Source: Takakia lepidozioides
Lineage: Eukaryota > Plantae > Bryophyta
DNA: 64,000 nt
NCBI GenBank assembly: GCA_030704615.1
Contig: CM060732.1
Span: forward strand, 62,124,001 to 62,188,000
Direction of reading: 5' to 3'
The translations under genes and the position numbers were made by a program. The notes below the pieces were generated by a model. That model worked only from the letters and a program-made list of their open reading frames with translations. It searched no databases and was not told where the DNA came from. Below, piece after piece: positions 26,801-38,500 of this stretch. The stretch's first letter is position 1. Each line of letters starts with the position of its first letter.

Positions 26801-29800
26801 GACATCATACTGAACAATATTCATATTCACTATACTGTCATACTGGGATTTCCAGAAAAACAAAATTTGTGGTTTTTAGCATGTGGACAGTAGGTCAGTG
26901 ACCTCTAAGTCAGCCTTAGCCTTTACTCAAGCAAAACAGTGCTTGCTTTAAACCATAGAGATCTATGCCCCCAGTAAATGTCTGAGTATAGGACTTCCCT
27001 ATGATGATAATTCGGTTTCATCAAAGTAGCGTCAACACAAATCCTGAAAATCACATGTCTCAAAACTGAGACAAAACACTGTAGCCTGAATGGGGTGTAT
27101 TACCAAGTTTTAAACAAAACAAACACAGGATTCAAAATGAAACCACTCAGCTGGGCTGTAAACTGAGATTGACCCAAGTCCAGATGGGTCTTCAGAACCC
27201 TCTGGTTCAGATCCCAAGGGTAGATTACTGCCATAAAATACTTCCCTCACAGAAACATGAGGTTGTCGTCAAGCGTTGTACCATTCTTCCTAGGCAGTGG
27301 CTGCCTCATGCGATCCATCATCTATCCAATGTTTATCAGAGAAAGAAGACACACACACAACCACGGAGGGAGAGAGAGAGAGAAGCAAAGGAGCCTATCA
27401 TGTCCACAGAGGGGCCTTGGGCCCTGGGACAAGGGCAGAACAGACAAACAAAGAGTTTGGAAATGGAGAGATTCATAATCTCTAACCTGATAGCCTTCAA
27501 GCGCTCAGTGAAAGCTGCCAACTCCGCTTCGATGTTCCTCACTCGTTCACGCAAGGATGGATGAAGACCTTCACGGGGAAGACCCTTAGCACGCTTGGCA
27601 GACTCCAGGGATGGCGCCGGCCGTGTTTTTGCATACAACCGATATGCATTTGCACATGCCTTCTGAAGTGCTATAAGATCCGTGTTATTTGACACTACTT
27701 CCTGCAACCTGTGAAGACAACAATTGGGAAGCCAAATTAGTTTCTGTGGACTGTTACTTCCACATTAATTCATCAGAAGTTTCTGGATCCAGAGGCCCAC
27801 AATATGCATGAGCATAGGATATGACATATCCAAGCTCCATGTAAAACAAATCAGAGGGTCAAAGTCAAAGAAGCCTGATGTCAAAGCCAGTCATGAGGCT
27901 TCCATTCTCATAAATACCAGCCCTTTAATCAACATCTAATATCTCTGTATTAAGATATAGTTAGCTTTTACTAGAGAATTTTGGGGTGAGTTTCCATACA
28001 CTGGTGGTTGGATTTCCACCATTAGATTGAGAGGGAGGGATGTTTGTTTTTGGGAGATTATCCTGTAGCCCGCATTTGCAGGGTATGTCCAATGAGAAAA
28101 AGTGTCTCTCCCCATTTTGTTCTTAGTAGTAGCAGTGTTTGAATCACAAGTATGCTGTCAAATATGATATGAGTGCCATGGCAATGTGGTGCACGATATC
28201 ATGACAACATACTAGAAAACATGACGTTCATATCAGCACTCGAATGCCGGTATCTTATACAGACGTGACATGTGGTTGAACTGCCCGACACTGACAGCAG
28301 AAAGAAAGAAACAAGAAGCATTACATCAAAATGTACACATAAGACGTTGTTTGCCGTAGCCTTGTGGCCATTGACACCGCGCCACGTTTGAGCGGAACAC
28401 AAAGGGATAGAACCTACATTTGTCAGGGGCTGACGCCGGTAGTAGGACTTACCTTGCAATAAACAATTGATCCAGGTTTCCCAGATATCCTCTAGAAATC
28501 ACTTTACACAAGCATCAACCTGCTGTGTGTGGTTTGCCAATAACTAGGCCCCAAAAGGGCCTGGGCTTTTGGCTCAGCCTCGAGACTTTCAAAGTTGGTA
28601 AACAGAGGTACAGGCACAATTTCCTTGATAGATGTGAAGAGAGTGTCTCTCTGATGAGAGAACCCCGGACAATAAATCAGAAAATGAATATTGTCTTCAG
28701 GTTGCCCACACAACGGGCAATTGCACTCTCCCTTTCCTCTATGCTTCCGTTTGCTGTTCAAAACTAGGCTTCTCGCACTCAGTTTAAATTTAAGTCTAGT
28801 ACCGAGAGTGGGTAGACCCTTGAGGTCATCCATGATGGCCTCCTTCCTGTGAATGAGGCGATCGGAGGGGGCTTTTGTCGAGCGGGGGGGAGAGTACCTG
28901 CGGCCTCCTTGTCTCAGTAGGAATTAGTCCCCGAGGTCCCGGGACATGCATAAATAACCACGATTTGATTTTCAATAGGAATTCCCATGTCACAGACTGA
29001 CGACAAGTTCAGGGAAGTTTTCTGCCTAAATTCATTTTCAACAGAAAGTTTCCTGGCAACAGACATGGCATTGGACACTACAGCCTTGAAGTCAAATTTA
29101 TCCAGCAGGGTCAAGACTTGTGGCCTTAGATTCAGATCCTTGAAAATCTCTTCTACTCTCTTCCTGCTTCCAAGATATAGAGTCGATTAACTTAGGATAT
29201 CTGATGTTGGACATATGTTGCAGCTGACCCCACCATGTGACCTTGAATTCATCTCGTCAGGAGCTGAAGGAAGGGATGCCAAACTCACCCCAAACAGCCA
29301 CATTGGCTGTTTCGGAGCATGCTGACATGCACTCCTTAAGCATCCCCACTTGAATGGATTCTAGAGACTTAGCCTGGTTGGAGTTATCAACCCATACTGC
29401 AGATGCGTACTCCAAGGCAGGCTTAATAACGCGGCAAAGCATGGTTTTTTACTTCAGAGTTGATTCCTCTGCACTAGAAATTTAGTGAGACCCAGCGCAT
29501 GCCAGATTGAACGACTTTTTGAATATATGCATCCCAATTACAGTTGGAGGAAAACTCAACGCCAAGGTATGTGTAAGAAGGGAGGACCGGAATCTCTTGG
29601 CTTCCCCACTGCCACTTGAGATCACCTCCTCCCTCCCCTTGGTCGTTGAATGCCACCTCTGCACATTTACTGATGTTAGCCTCTAGCCCCCAAGGGTCAA
29701 AGTATTCTTTGCGCAATCAACTCCTGGAGATTGGAAGGAGTCTCCCCTATGCCTGCGAAGTCATCCGCAAACATAAGGGCTGGTATGGTGGCATCACCCA

Positions 29801-32800
29801 CCCTTAACCCAAATCCCTCACTCCAAATCCTCGAGGAGTGATTGATGAAAACATTGAAGAGCAGAGGGGAGGGGGTACATCCCTGAGAGATGGAGAGAGA
29901 TAGAGAGCAAACCTGTCCATGCCATAGTCCAGCACTCCCTGTGGGAAACGACCGTACACAGTCTCTCCTCTGTCGATTGCATTATTCATATCCTCCAACA
30001 CCTTCTCGCGATCAGCCACCACATCATCTTCCAAGGGTGAAGGTCGAACGCCCTTGGACAGAAATAAGTGGAGGTCCAGAACAAAAGGCATCTCATCTGG
30101 GGTGATAAAAGAATACGATGTGCCAATACGGCCCGCACGTGCTGCACGCCCCACCCTATGAAATTGGCATGGAAATCATTAATTTGATTGGCGTCTCTTT
30201 TTTTCCCTCTGTGCTTCCTGCAGATTTTACTTTGGTTCTTGCTCTCAGCAAACACCATGGGGTTTGTGGCCACCTGGTCTCAAACGCTTCTAGTCTCTCA
30301 TTCTCACTCTTGTCCTCTGCCTACAGTTCAAATGTCTCACAAGTATCCTGACCTAGACGATACATCTAGGGTACACCCAGGTAAAGTTACCATACAAACC
30401 TAGCAAACTCATGAAAACCTCTGTTGTATGATCAATATACCTGTGCACAAAGAGCTTGGGCTTCGGGGGGAAGTCATAGTTAATGACATTGTCTAGAAGG
30501 GGAATGTCGATTCCACGGGCGGCCACATCTGTGACCAATAGAAGCATTGTCTTCCTTGCCCGAAACTTGGCTATATGTATCTTGCGAGCAGCTTGATCCA
30601 TGGCACCATACACCACCTTCAAAGCACAAGGACAGACAGTGAGCATACATCAACCACAGTAACAGTAAGTGGTAAACAAAGAATCTCTTCAGGAACTAGA
30701 AGAGATGAATAAATAAATTTGAAATTTCACTTCACTTTCTCACACACTTCTGACTGAAAATGCCAGAAGCTTTGCTAGTACAATATCCCATAGTCCTCTG
30801 GCTATCACTGTCAACACTGATGATTTAGACCTGGGGAAATTTCACTGCCTGATCCTTGTTGCATGACCATTCTGGTGACACAAATCCCCTCTCTCAACTA
30901 ATGGACAAGGTTGTGTAGAACCGGACCGCCAAATGATTTGGATGCAGAATATAGCTGAGTATTTACAGCGCACTAACCACTGGGCTCTAGGTTTGAGCCT
31001 TGGACTGAACCCTCTGAGATGATGACTTGAACAAGAATTACATGAACTACTAAACGAGAATTAAAATGTTGCAGCTTCTTCCCTGTAAAACAATGAGGAC
31101 TCCATTCTGGGAAGTTATTGAGAGCTGATACTTTCTTCAACACCATTCCAGCACTATGAACTGAATAAAGAGATTGGAACACTACCATCCTTCATCTCAT
31201 ACTGAACCAAAGCCTCTAGTACATCAAACATGAAAGCAATAAAAACTCAAGGGAGGATTACAATCAGTCAAAAATACAAAGTTCAGGACTGGTATACCGA
31301 AAGCTCAATTCCTTCTGAAATGAGCAACTCAAATAGAAACTCGACATGGTGTTTTGTTGATACGAAAACAATAGTCTGCTGCTCTGCGGGAATCAGCTCC
31401 CGTACCAGATGCACAAGTGCTGCTGGTTTCTCATCATGCCGGAGAGTGAAAAATGCAAGTTTCAAATCAGGGCTGATTCTTTTCTCAATATCCAGGCGAA
31501 CTAAGTGGGGATCCCGGAGACCTGCTTTAGCAAAGTCAGCCAGTAAGCGGGGTAGGGTTGCACTGAACAGAAGTGTTTGTCGAGTCTCTCCCAAGTGAGA
31601 CAAAATCTGTCGGAGTTGTTCAGCAAACCCCATCTCAAATAGACGGTCAGCCTCGTCAAATACAGCATACTCCACAGTCCGGAGTGTCATGCCCTCTACT
31701 TCAGAGAGATGATGCATGAGACGACCAGGTGTTGCGACAATGATGTCAGGATTCTTTGCTAGCTCCTCAAATTGTGCCTCCATGCTGTCACCTCCCACTA
31801 GCACTGTCACTCTGAGATCTGCAATTCAATGTGGTAGAATAGACCAATATTACATTTCCACATGGAGTGCTTATTAAGTGAACTTCACAAAAACTTGGGT
31901 CAAGTACTTCGTACATGGAGAAAACAGAGGTCAACAATGGACAGCAATATAGCTCAATCATGACCTGCAATCAGGCTTTGAACTGTGGGTCAACTGTAAA
32001 GGTCCAGGTTCAAGTATGCCACAACATGCCAAGTTACACTAGAACTGGCTGTAAGAAAATGCCCATCTTCCGGGTCTTAAAACGGACCTTCGAATATCTT
32101 CCATATCTATTCATCAAACCCTCTACCAGGATATGACAAATGTAGGTAAGTTGTAGACAAAATGTCTGGAAAAATTTCGGTGTCCTTATAGGAGAAGAAT
32201 TAAAAGGCTGCCTGGCGTAGATCTTTGCAGGCAACGTAGCACTCACTGGACGTTCTCGGTCATTTCAAGCATGATTGTACCAACATTATAGCAACTGAGT
32301 GGCACTGCACTCAATTTCATTTTCTTCTAGGGCAGGCGGAGGAGGGTAGTAACATGATGACAGAAAAAGGCATAAACCCACCTGTGTAGCGGCCAAGCTC
32401 CTTACAAAACTTGAAAGTCTGGAGAGCGAGCTCTCTGGTCGGCGACAAAATGATAGCACGCGCCCCAGCTTTCATAGAGTGTGCCTTCAGCTTCTCTAAC
32501 ATAGGAATGAGAAAAGCAGCGGTCTTCCCCGAACCTGTCCTGGCCATAGCAACAACATCGTATCCAGCCATTACTAACGGAAGCGTCTTCCGCTGGATAG
32601 GAGTCGGAATTCTGTAACCTTTCCGTTTGATAGCTCGGAAAACCGGCAGGCTCAATCCTAGGGTTTCAAAACCACCGGATTTCGCTTGCTTCCTGAGCTT
32701 CTTCTGGAGCTTGAGCTGCTTTGAACTGAGGTTCTCGGAGAGTGGAAAATTCTGAACCCCGACCATGGGAAATCCCATATCCAGACTGGAGATTGTGGGC

Positions 32801-32850
32801 TCGTCATCATCATCCTCTGTGTCGGAAGGTAGAGCTGAATCTTCCACCAT
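20844..32850 (-). CDS. DDX54: DEAD-box RNA helicase DDX54/Dbp10 (plant RH29-like); exons 32850-32382, 31818-31298, 30616-30441, 30155-29913, 27708-27487, 25577-25520, 24081-23974, 23739-23655, 23079-23006, 22604-22552, 22392-22311, 22186-22130, 21759-21624, 21142-20844
   Basis: Q motif [53 protein letters not shown]10-type C-terminus ([32 protein letters not shown]) and RGG-rich tail. All introns GT-AG and phase-consistent. Confidence 0.93.
21728..21945. repeat. perfect 109-bp tandem duplication across a DDX54 splice acceptor
   Basis: 21728-21836 is identical to 21837-21945. Confidence 0.95.
24890..25305 (-). mobile_element. LINE 3' fragment in a DDX54 intron
   Basis: [14 protein letters not shown] (zinc-knuckle remnant) and the family 3' end. 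Confidence 0.7.
25970..26465 (-). mobile_element. LINE 3' fragment in a DDX54 intron
   Basis: [17 protein letters not shown]..[27 protein letters not shown]. Confidence 0.75.
28330..29720 (-). mobile_element. 5'-truncated LINE (RTEX/CR1-L2-like): end of RT, thumb and CCHC zinc knuckle
   Basis: [28 protein letters not shown]; [27 protein letters not shown]; [18 protein letters not shown]. Frameshifted. Confidence 0.85.
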
Positions 32851-33130
32851 AGCTACGCGCGTTGGGACACCTCCTTCCTCTCGCAGTCACCACTCCTTTT
32901 CCGAATCCGTCACCCTTTCTACAGCCTCACCTAATTTGCTCAGAAAGGGTGCTTGCTTGTCCGTCAGCCCCTCTCCTCTCTTCCTCTCGTGCGCCCCTTT
33001 CCAAAACCAAACCCGTGAGATTACGATCGAGAGCCAAGACCAGCTCTTCCCCTCGCCATTGTCATGAGATCACAATCTTTCCACCTCAACGCCTCCAAGC
33101 CATCGTCTTGCACACTCCAAACTGTCTTCT

Positions 33131-33147
33131 CCCTAAACCCTAAACCC
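33131..33147. promoter_or_regulatory. telo-box (AAACCCTAA) upstream of DDX54
   Basis: ccctaaaccctaaaccc about 280 bp upstream of the ATG. Typical of plant ribosome-biogenesis gene promoters. Confidence 0.6.
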
Positions 33148-33264
33148 AGTCAACGAACGAGTTTTGTGGACGACAATTGTGGACGACAATTCTTGCAAAT
33201 TTAATTTAGCTTTGGACCAAAAAAGAACAGCTTTATAAAAACAAAATCAAAGATACAGAATAAC

Positions 33265-33490
33265 CAACAGTCAGTAGCTCGGTTGGTCAAGTGCATTGAG
33301 TGCCACCCAGATGATTCTTGGGTCAAATCATGCTACAGAGGGGTGTGGTATGTTGTTCCTGGGTGGTGTCCCATTCCTACGCCTCATGGCGGGGTTACTA
33401 TGAAAGAGGTTATTTTCTCCTCTCACTAGGGGGCCTGATTTGTGAGTTAGTCGCTCGGGGGTGTTTCCCTCTTAAAAATAAATAAGATAA
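33265..33490 (+). mobile_element. tRNA-derived SINE family 2 copy
   Basis: GTAGCTCGGTTGGTCAAG A box, degenerate B box GGGTCAAATC. Body and A-rich tail homologous to 4890-5112. Confidence 0.65.
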
Positions 33491-34100
33491 AGATAAAGTT
33501 TCTTTAATCAAAGAAAAGAAAAGAAACAGGGGCTCGCCTAAATCAGTACTTCATATTGTGATGCTACCCCCGGCTTTCAAGATTCTGAACACCTATGAAG
33601 ACAAGTGACTACCCGGGTTTGCCAGTGATCTTCTAGATCCAGATTTGATCAATGAGTTCTAACACCTTGGAAGCCACCGAAGTGGAAGTGAGATATATGA
33701 GCTCTCAAATAGCATAGCATAACAAAAATCTAGAGCACATCAAGTCACCAGGAACATGTAGTTTAAGTGTCACAGTGGAAGCTGCAAGATGCCCCCCTCC
33801 AGGGCTGAACTGGGTTGAAAAATCTGTTGTGCAGGAAAAACCCCAATCCTCACAACAGATGGCCAGTTCATAAGCAAGACAAATTAAAACAAGCTAACCA
33901 AAGCAAACTAATGCTCAGCTCTCTACCTATAAATGAAATCAGCAAACAAGCTAATGAAGCCACAACTTGGACACCTTCAAAACAGCTCCTAGATTACCGT
34001 CGAGCCTTCTTCTTGGGAGACATCTCCACTGTCCTTCCCTCCACATTCACACAGGTTAAATCAAACTGCAGTCTCGAATGCAACAGGTCAGCGATAGGCA

Positions 34101-34800
34101 CTAAACCCCAGGGATCTCCTTGACTAAAGGATGCTGAGGCAACAATCTAGCCCTGTTACCTGTAGTCATTTCATAAAAAAGATAGGGCCCTTCAATGCGA
34201 GTCTTACCCTTGGATTCTATTGCACCATGCTGTACCTTGATACAGACTGTCTGACCAGCAACAAACGTGGAAGAATAAACCACTCGCCTATTATACTGCT
34301 TGGCTTGTGCTAGCTGAGCCTTGGAGATATTATACTTAGCCTCATCTATGATCCGAAAGTGATGAGCCAACAGATCAGTAACAAACAATTCCCAATCGTC
34401 TGGTTCCGTAATCGTCGGGTTGAGAGGAGTATGATGGATAGGAGAGACACAAGGACAACCATAGAGAAGTTCAAAGGGAGTGCGGCGAGTATTGGCATGC
34501 CCAACAGTCCTATAAGCAAAAATGAGAGGAGGAAGAAGCACATCCCATTCCTGGGTGAAACCTCCACACTTCTCCAGCATGAGACACATGGTTTGATTGA
34601 AGCGCTCCGTGAGTCTGTTGCATTGAGGGTGATAAGGTCGAGTGGTAGCTTGATATGTTGTGACACATCATCAACATCAAAATATTGCAGAATTCCTTGC
34701 CCTGATCAGTAAGGATTTCCAAAGGACATCCGTGCCTCAAGATTATCTCGTCAAAGAAAAACTGCTCGCTACACCATCACTATCCTTAGACACTAGTGGC
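34101..34800 (-). mobile_element. retroviral-type (rve) integrase fragment, Ty3/Gypsy- or Ginger-like
   Basis: RHGCPLEILTDQGKEFCN, then after a frameshift ERFNQTM..WDVLLPPLIFAYRT..TRRTPFELLYG..GPY. Confidence 0.85.
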
Positions 34801-35552
34801 TTTTGTTATCAGGATTTTTGAGTTGCTTGCCTTTAAGACCTCCCACACCTGACTCGTTAGGAGATCTCATTCGATTAGAGGCTGCTTACCTTTCTCAAAT
34901 GCCTTCAACATGGCTGGCAAGTCTGGTTGGGGGGGATGCTAGAGTGTGAGCCCAGGAGCCTGGCGTGAGCCCAGGACACGTGGCATGATTTTGGGAAAGA
35001 TGCGGCGTCTATTTCCGTGGAAGAGGACCCATTACCGCATAAACACGTCTTCGTCCATATTTACCCTGCAACCCCAAACAGAAACCCCAACCCTTGTCAG
35101 CCGTAGGGACCCACCTCAACCCCAACAGTGAACCTCGTCATCCCGCCCCTGTGCATGATACTGCGCACTGACATCATCCATGGGACCATCCATGCATGCA
35201 ACATTCATCCACAGGTCACATCCAATCTAGCTTCATCCATCCAAAAACATTCATCCTCCATCCATCCAACCAAATATTGGTGTGATGGCATATATCGAAT
35301 GACTGTCTAATGGACTATGCACATATTCATCTCTGTTGAAAAACTTTTATTGAATGCACACGGTTGAATTGGAGAGCAATGTTTAGAAGGAAAACACTTT
35401 CAAATTCGCAGGACGCGGGGGAGAGAATGTTTCAATGATGGGATGTGAATTTCATTGTAGTCCGTGCTCATTACAACGGATGGTGGGAAGAGAAATGGTG
35501 GTGCAACGGAAAACGGAGAGTGTGTCCCCTTATGTTCCATAAATGAATGCCC

Positions 35553-38500
35553 TCAAGTACATTCGTAGGTGGTGTCAACACTGCTAATGCTACCACCTGA
35601 ATCTGTTGAACTGCTAGGAGTACTGCTACCACCTGAAACTGCGGCACTATCATCTATAAAGACCTTTGCGCGGAGATGCCTGAGCGTCTTCCCGGAACTC
35701 CAACGCAAGGGTGGGGGAGAAAGCACAGCTGCATGCACACGAGCAATGCCTTCCGCGTAGTCGGGAAGGACATAAATAGGAGGTGGGCTCCAGCACAAGT
35801 CCCTCAAGTATATGGAAGACAGGGGCAACGGGATTGCGTTGACATTCCTGCAATCAGAAATGCACCATTTGGGTAATAATCAGACAACAGAAGGGGACGC
35901 GACAGAGAATATACACAGGGATGAAATAGACAGAAAATGAACTTACTCACATGAAAAGTCATTGTCCAGGTCCTTGTCGTCTCTGTCGAGGATATCAATT
36001 TGCGCAGTGACATCCTTCACACTGGAGGTAGACGAGCCCCCTTGCAACTCGGCGAGTAGGCCAGAGAAAATATCTGCATCTCCTTCCATACCAAACAAGT
36101 GCCTGCCACCTGCCTTGCAAGCATGGTAAGAAGCACCTGCAAGAGACAGAATGATGGAATTAGAGTTTTAGAATATTGAGTAAAGGACGTGCAGAAGAAA
36201 AGAAATCGATGACAAAGGCAAGAAGAGAAACATGTGCCGAGAGTGAGATCTATGATGTGGGCCCCTAGCCAAGAACAACTCTCAATGATCGTTTGGATAA
36301 AAGCCGGGTTTTTTTCACGGGCCCCTCTCCAAGGCGTTCCATTTGGCTTTCGCAAACATACGTTGGAGTCCACATAGTTGTAGTGCATGTCATCGACGAC
36401 AGGATCGAACCTCTCGTTTATGAAACATCCTCCCCCATGAAGCTCGAACTCAACCACTGTGGTGGGAGTCGACAGTGGATTTACCCTCACGAGACAGACG
36501 GCCTCAAATAGACGGGTATGCGATGAAGAGGTCAATAATTAGTGAGAAATGTTTCATAGCACATCTGGGTGGGTGTGCAGACCCATTCCGGATGGAACGG
36601 GTTCAGAAACATTGCTCATGCACCGCCAAAACTGAGTGCGCTGAAGCACTCAATTCAGGCAGTGCGAACAACATGACTTCATAACAGTCAGTACAGTGGA
36701 ACTTCAACAGAGAAGGCATAAAAATAAAGTATTTGAAACGTACCTTCTGCCCTGGGCAATCCCCCTTCGTCAGATATAGGCTGTTGACACAATTCCAGGT
36801 CTTGATAATCCGCATCCCCGACGCTTTCAAGTAGCTTGCCAGCTCCCGGCGACATCTCATCGTGACAGATTGTATGATAACAAGAACCCTTGCATCGGAA
36901 AGGAAAAACTTGTAAAAGGAAAACACCCAACTCCAATATCTCTCGTCAAATTTGTTCCATGTTGGGCAGGTGTCACTGGGCAGAATATCCGGGACTGGAT
37001 GCCCGTCCGGAATGTCCACAATAACCATCTCCGAAGCAAACGGTTTCAGTGCACCATTCACCCAAGATTCCTTTCCCCTCCATGCCTGCAAGCAATATAG
37101 CGTGTAAGAAGGGAAAGATGTTTTATAAGCGACCTTTCTGATCCGAGCAAAAATAAAACAAAGAAAACAAAACTCAAACACATGCATGATAATTGCTTAC
37201 CGATTAGAGAAAAGTACAGAGCTTGTCCCACGTTTTGGAAGGATCACCACTGTAACTTGACTTCCTTGTCTCCATCATGGCCAGGAACCCGTCGTTTACC
37301 AGCTCGCACATGCCCGGGAAAATGATTCTAGATGGGTGCTCCATTGCATCGTAGGGCTCTTTAAGACCCTTTTTCTTTCGGTCAGGCTTTATGGCTGGGG
37401 GTGGGGTCTGCAGTGACCACGGACTCCATCTCATTCTCATTCGGAGTGTTTTTCTGCCCCTTTACCTTCCCTTTCCCCTTGTCCTTTCTAGGCTTGACTG
37501 GCGTATTTTGTGCAAGAGGCTCTTTCTCAGCCAATATCCTCAAGTTTCTCTCATGCAACTCCTTGTCCGTCAGAGGGGCCAGGGCCTCTACATTGTCGTT
37601 TTGATTTCGGGTCACAAGCTCAGACCAAGGGCATCCAGATCGTGGGATATCCATATACCAGCAGCAGTCTCGAAGATGCGAGGTCCCGTAATCCTTCAAA
37701 ATCCCTGTAGTGTACATTGTCTGAGCGTTGGATGGATCACACCATAGGTCAATAAAGTGCGGGTGTCGACTCAGGTTCTGGCCTGGAATGAGAACGTTTT
37801 TGATGTACCTACACAATCAAAACAGATGGAATATTAGTGAGTGGGGAAAGTGTGAGATAATTGTTTAAGGACCCCTTGACTGAGTGCGCCAGCGCACTCA
37901 ATTTTTGGTCTGTCCAATCAGGTCCTACTTACAAGCCAGGGCAGGTGGCTCAGTATAGGATTGGATATTCGTATGTACAATGAGAGCTTGGGAGACACAG
38001 AAGTGCCCACCCCTTTACTGAGTGCGTCAGCGCACACAGTTTTGGGACTGTTTATTCAAAAGAGCAGGGCTGCAACGAAATCGAAACTTCGTGAGAAAGG
38101 AAAGAAGGGTGGGAAAAGAGTGTCAAGACGAACCTGTATAGAACCCTCTTCATGGCCTGTTCTGATCCATTCTGCTGCTCCAAGTTGTTAGTGCGCGAGA
38201 TGTCTCCCTCTTTGGCGAACTCCCTGAAGAAGCAAGTGCCGAAGCAAGCTGCTTTTCACTGGCGGACATAGTCTTCTAGAGTATCCGTCGGTGGAGTCAT
38301 AGTTATCTTGTAATTGTTCAGCTGTTTCTCCAGAACCAGCTGTGCCCGAGCCTCTATCTGCGCAAGAACAGTTCTACAATTCAGAGAAAAGATGTTGAAG
38401 AAGAGTAAGTGACTTTTCCCGGTGCAATGCAGATTTGCAGTGGAAATGGAAAGGGGAGAGGAAAAAACATGTGCCCAGTTTGTGGCTTTGTGCAGCCACA

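Noticed and set aside
28837-28910. 56-bp insert flanked by 9-bp direct repeats (ggcctcctt) with GT..AG on the minus strand, a possible introner
   Set aside because: Splicing the 51-nt GT-AG segment would leave 14 extra nt and not restore the frame. It is a single instance inside a dead LINE.
32296-32313. TGAGTG-N6-CACTCA palindrome in DDX54 intron 1 resembling the element motif
   Set aside because: It has different arm length and spacing, is a single copy and lies outside the element. Plausibly chance.
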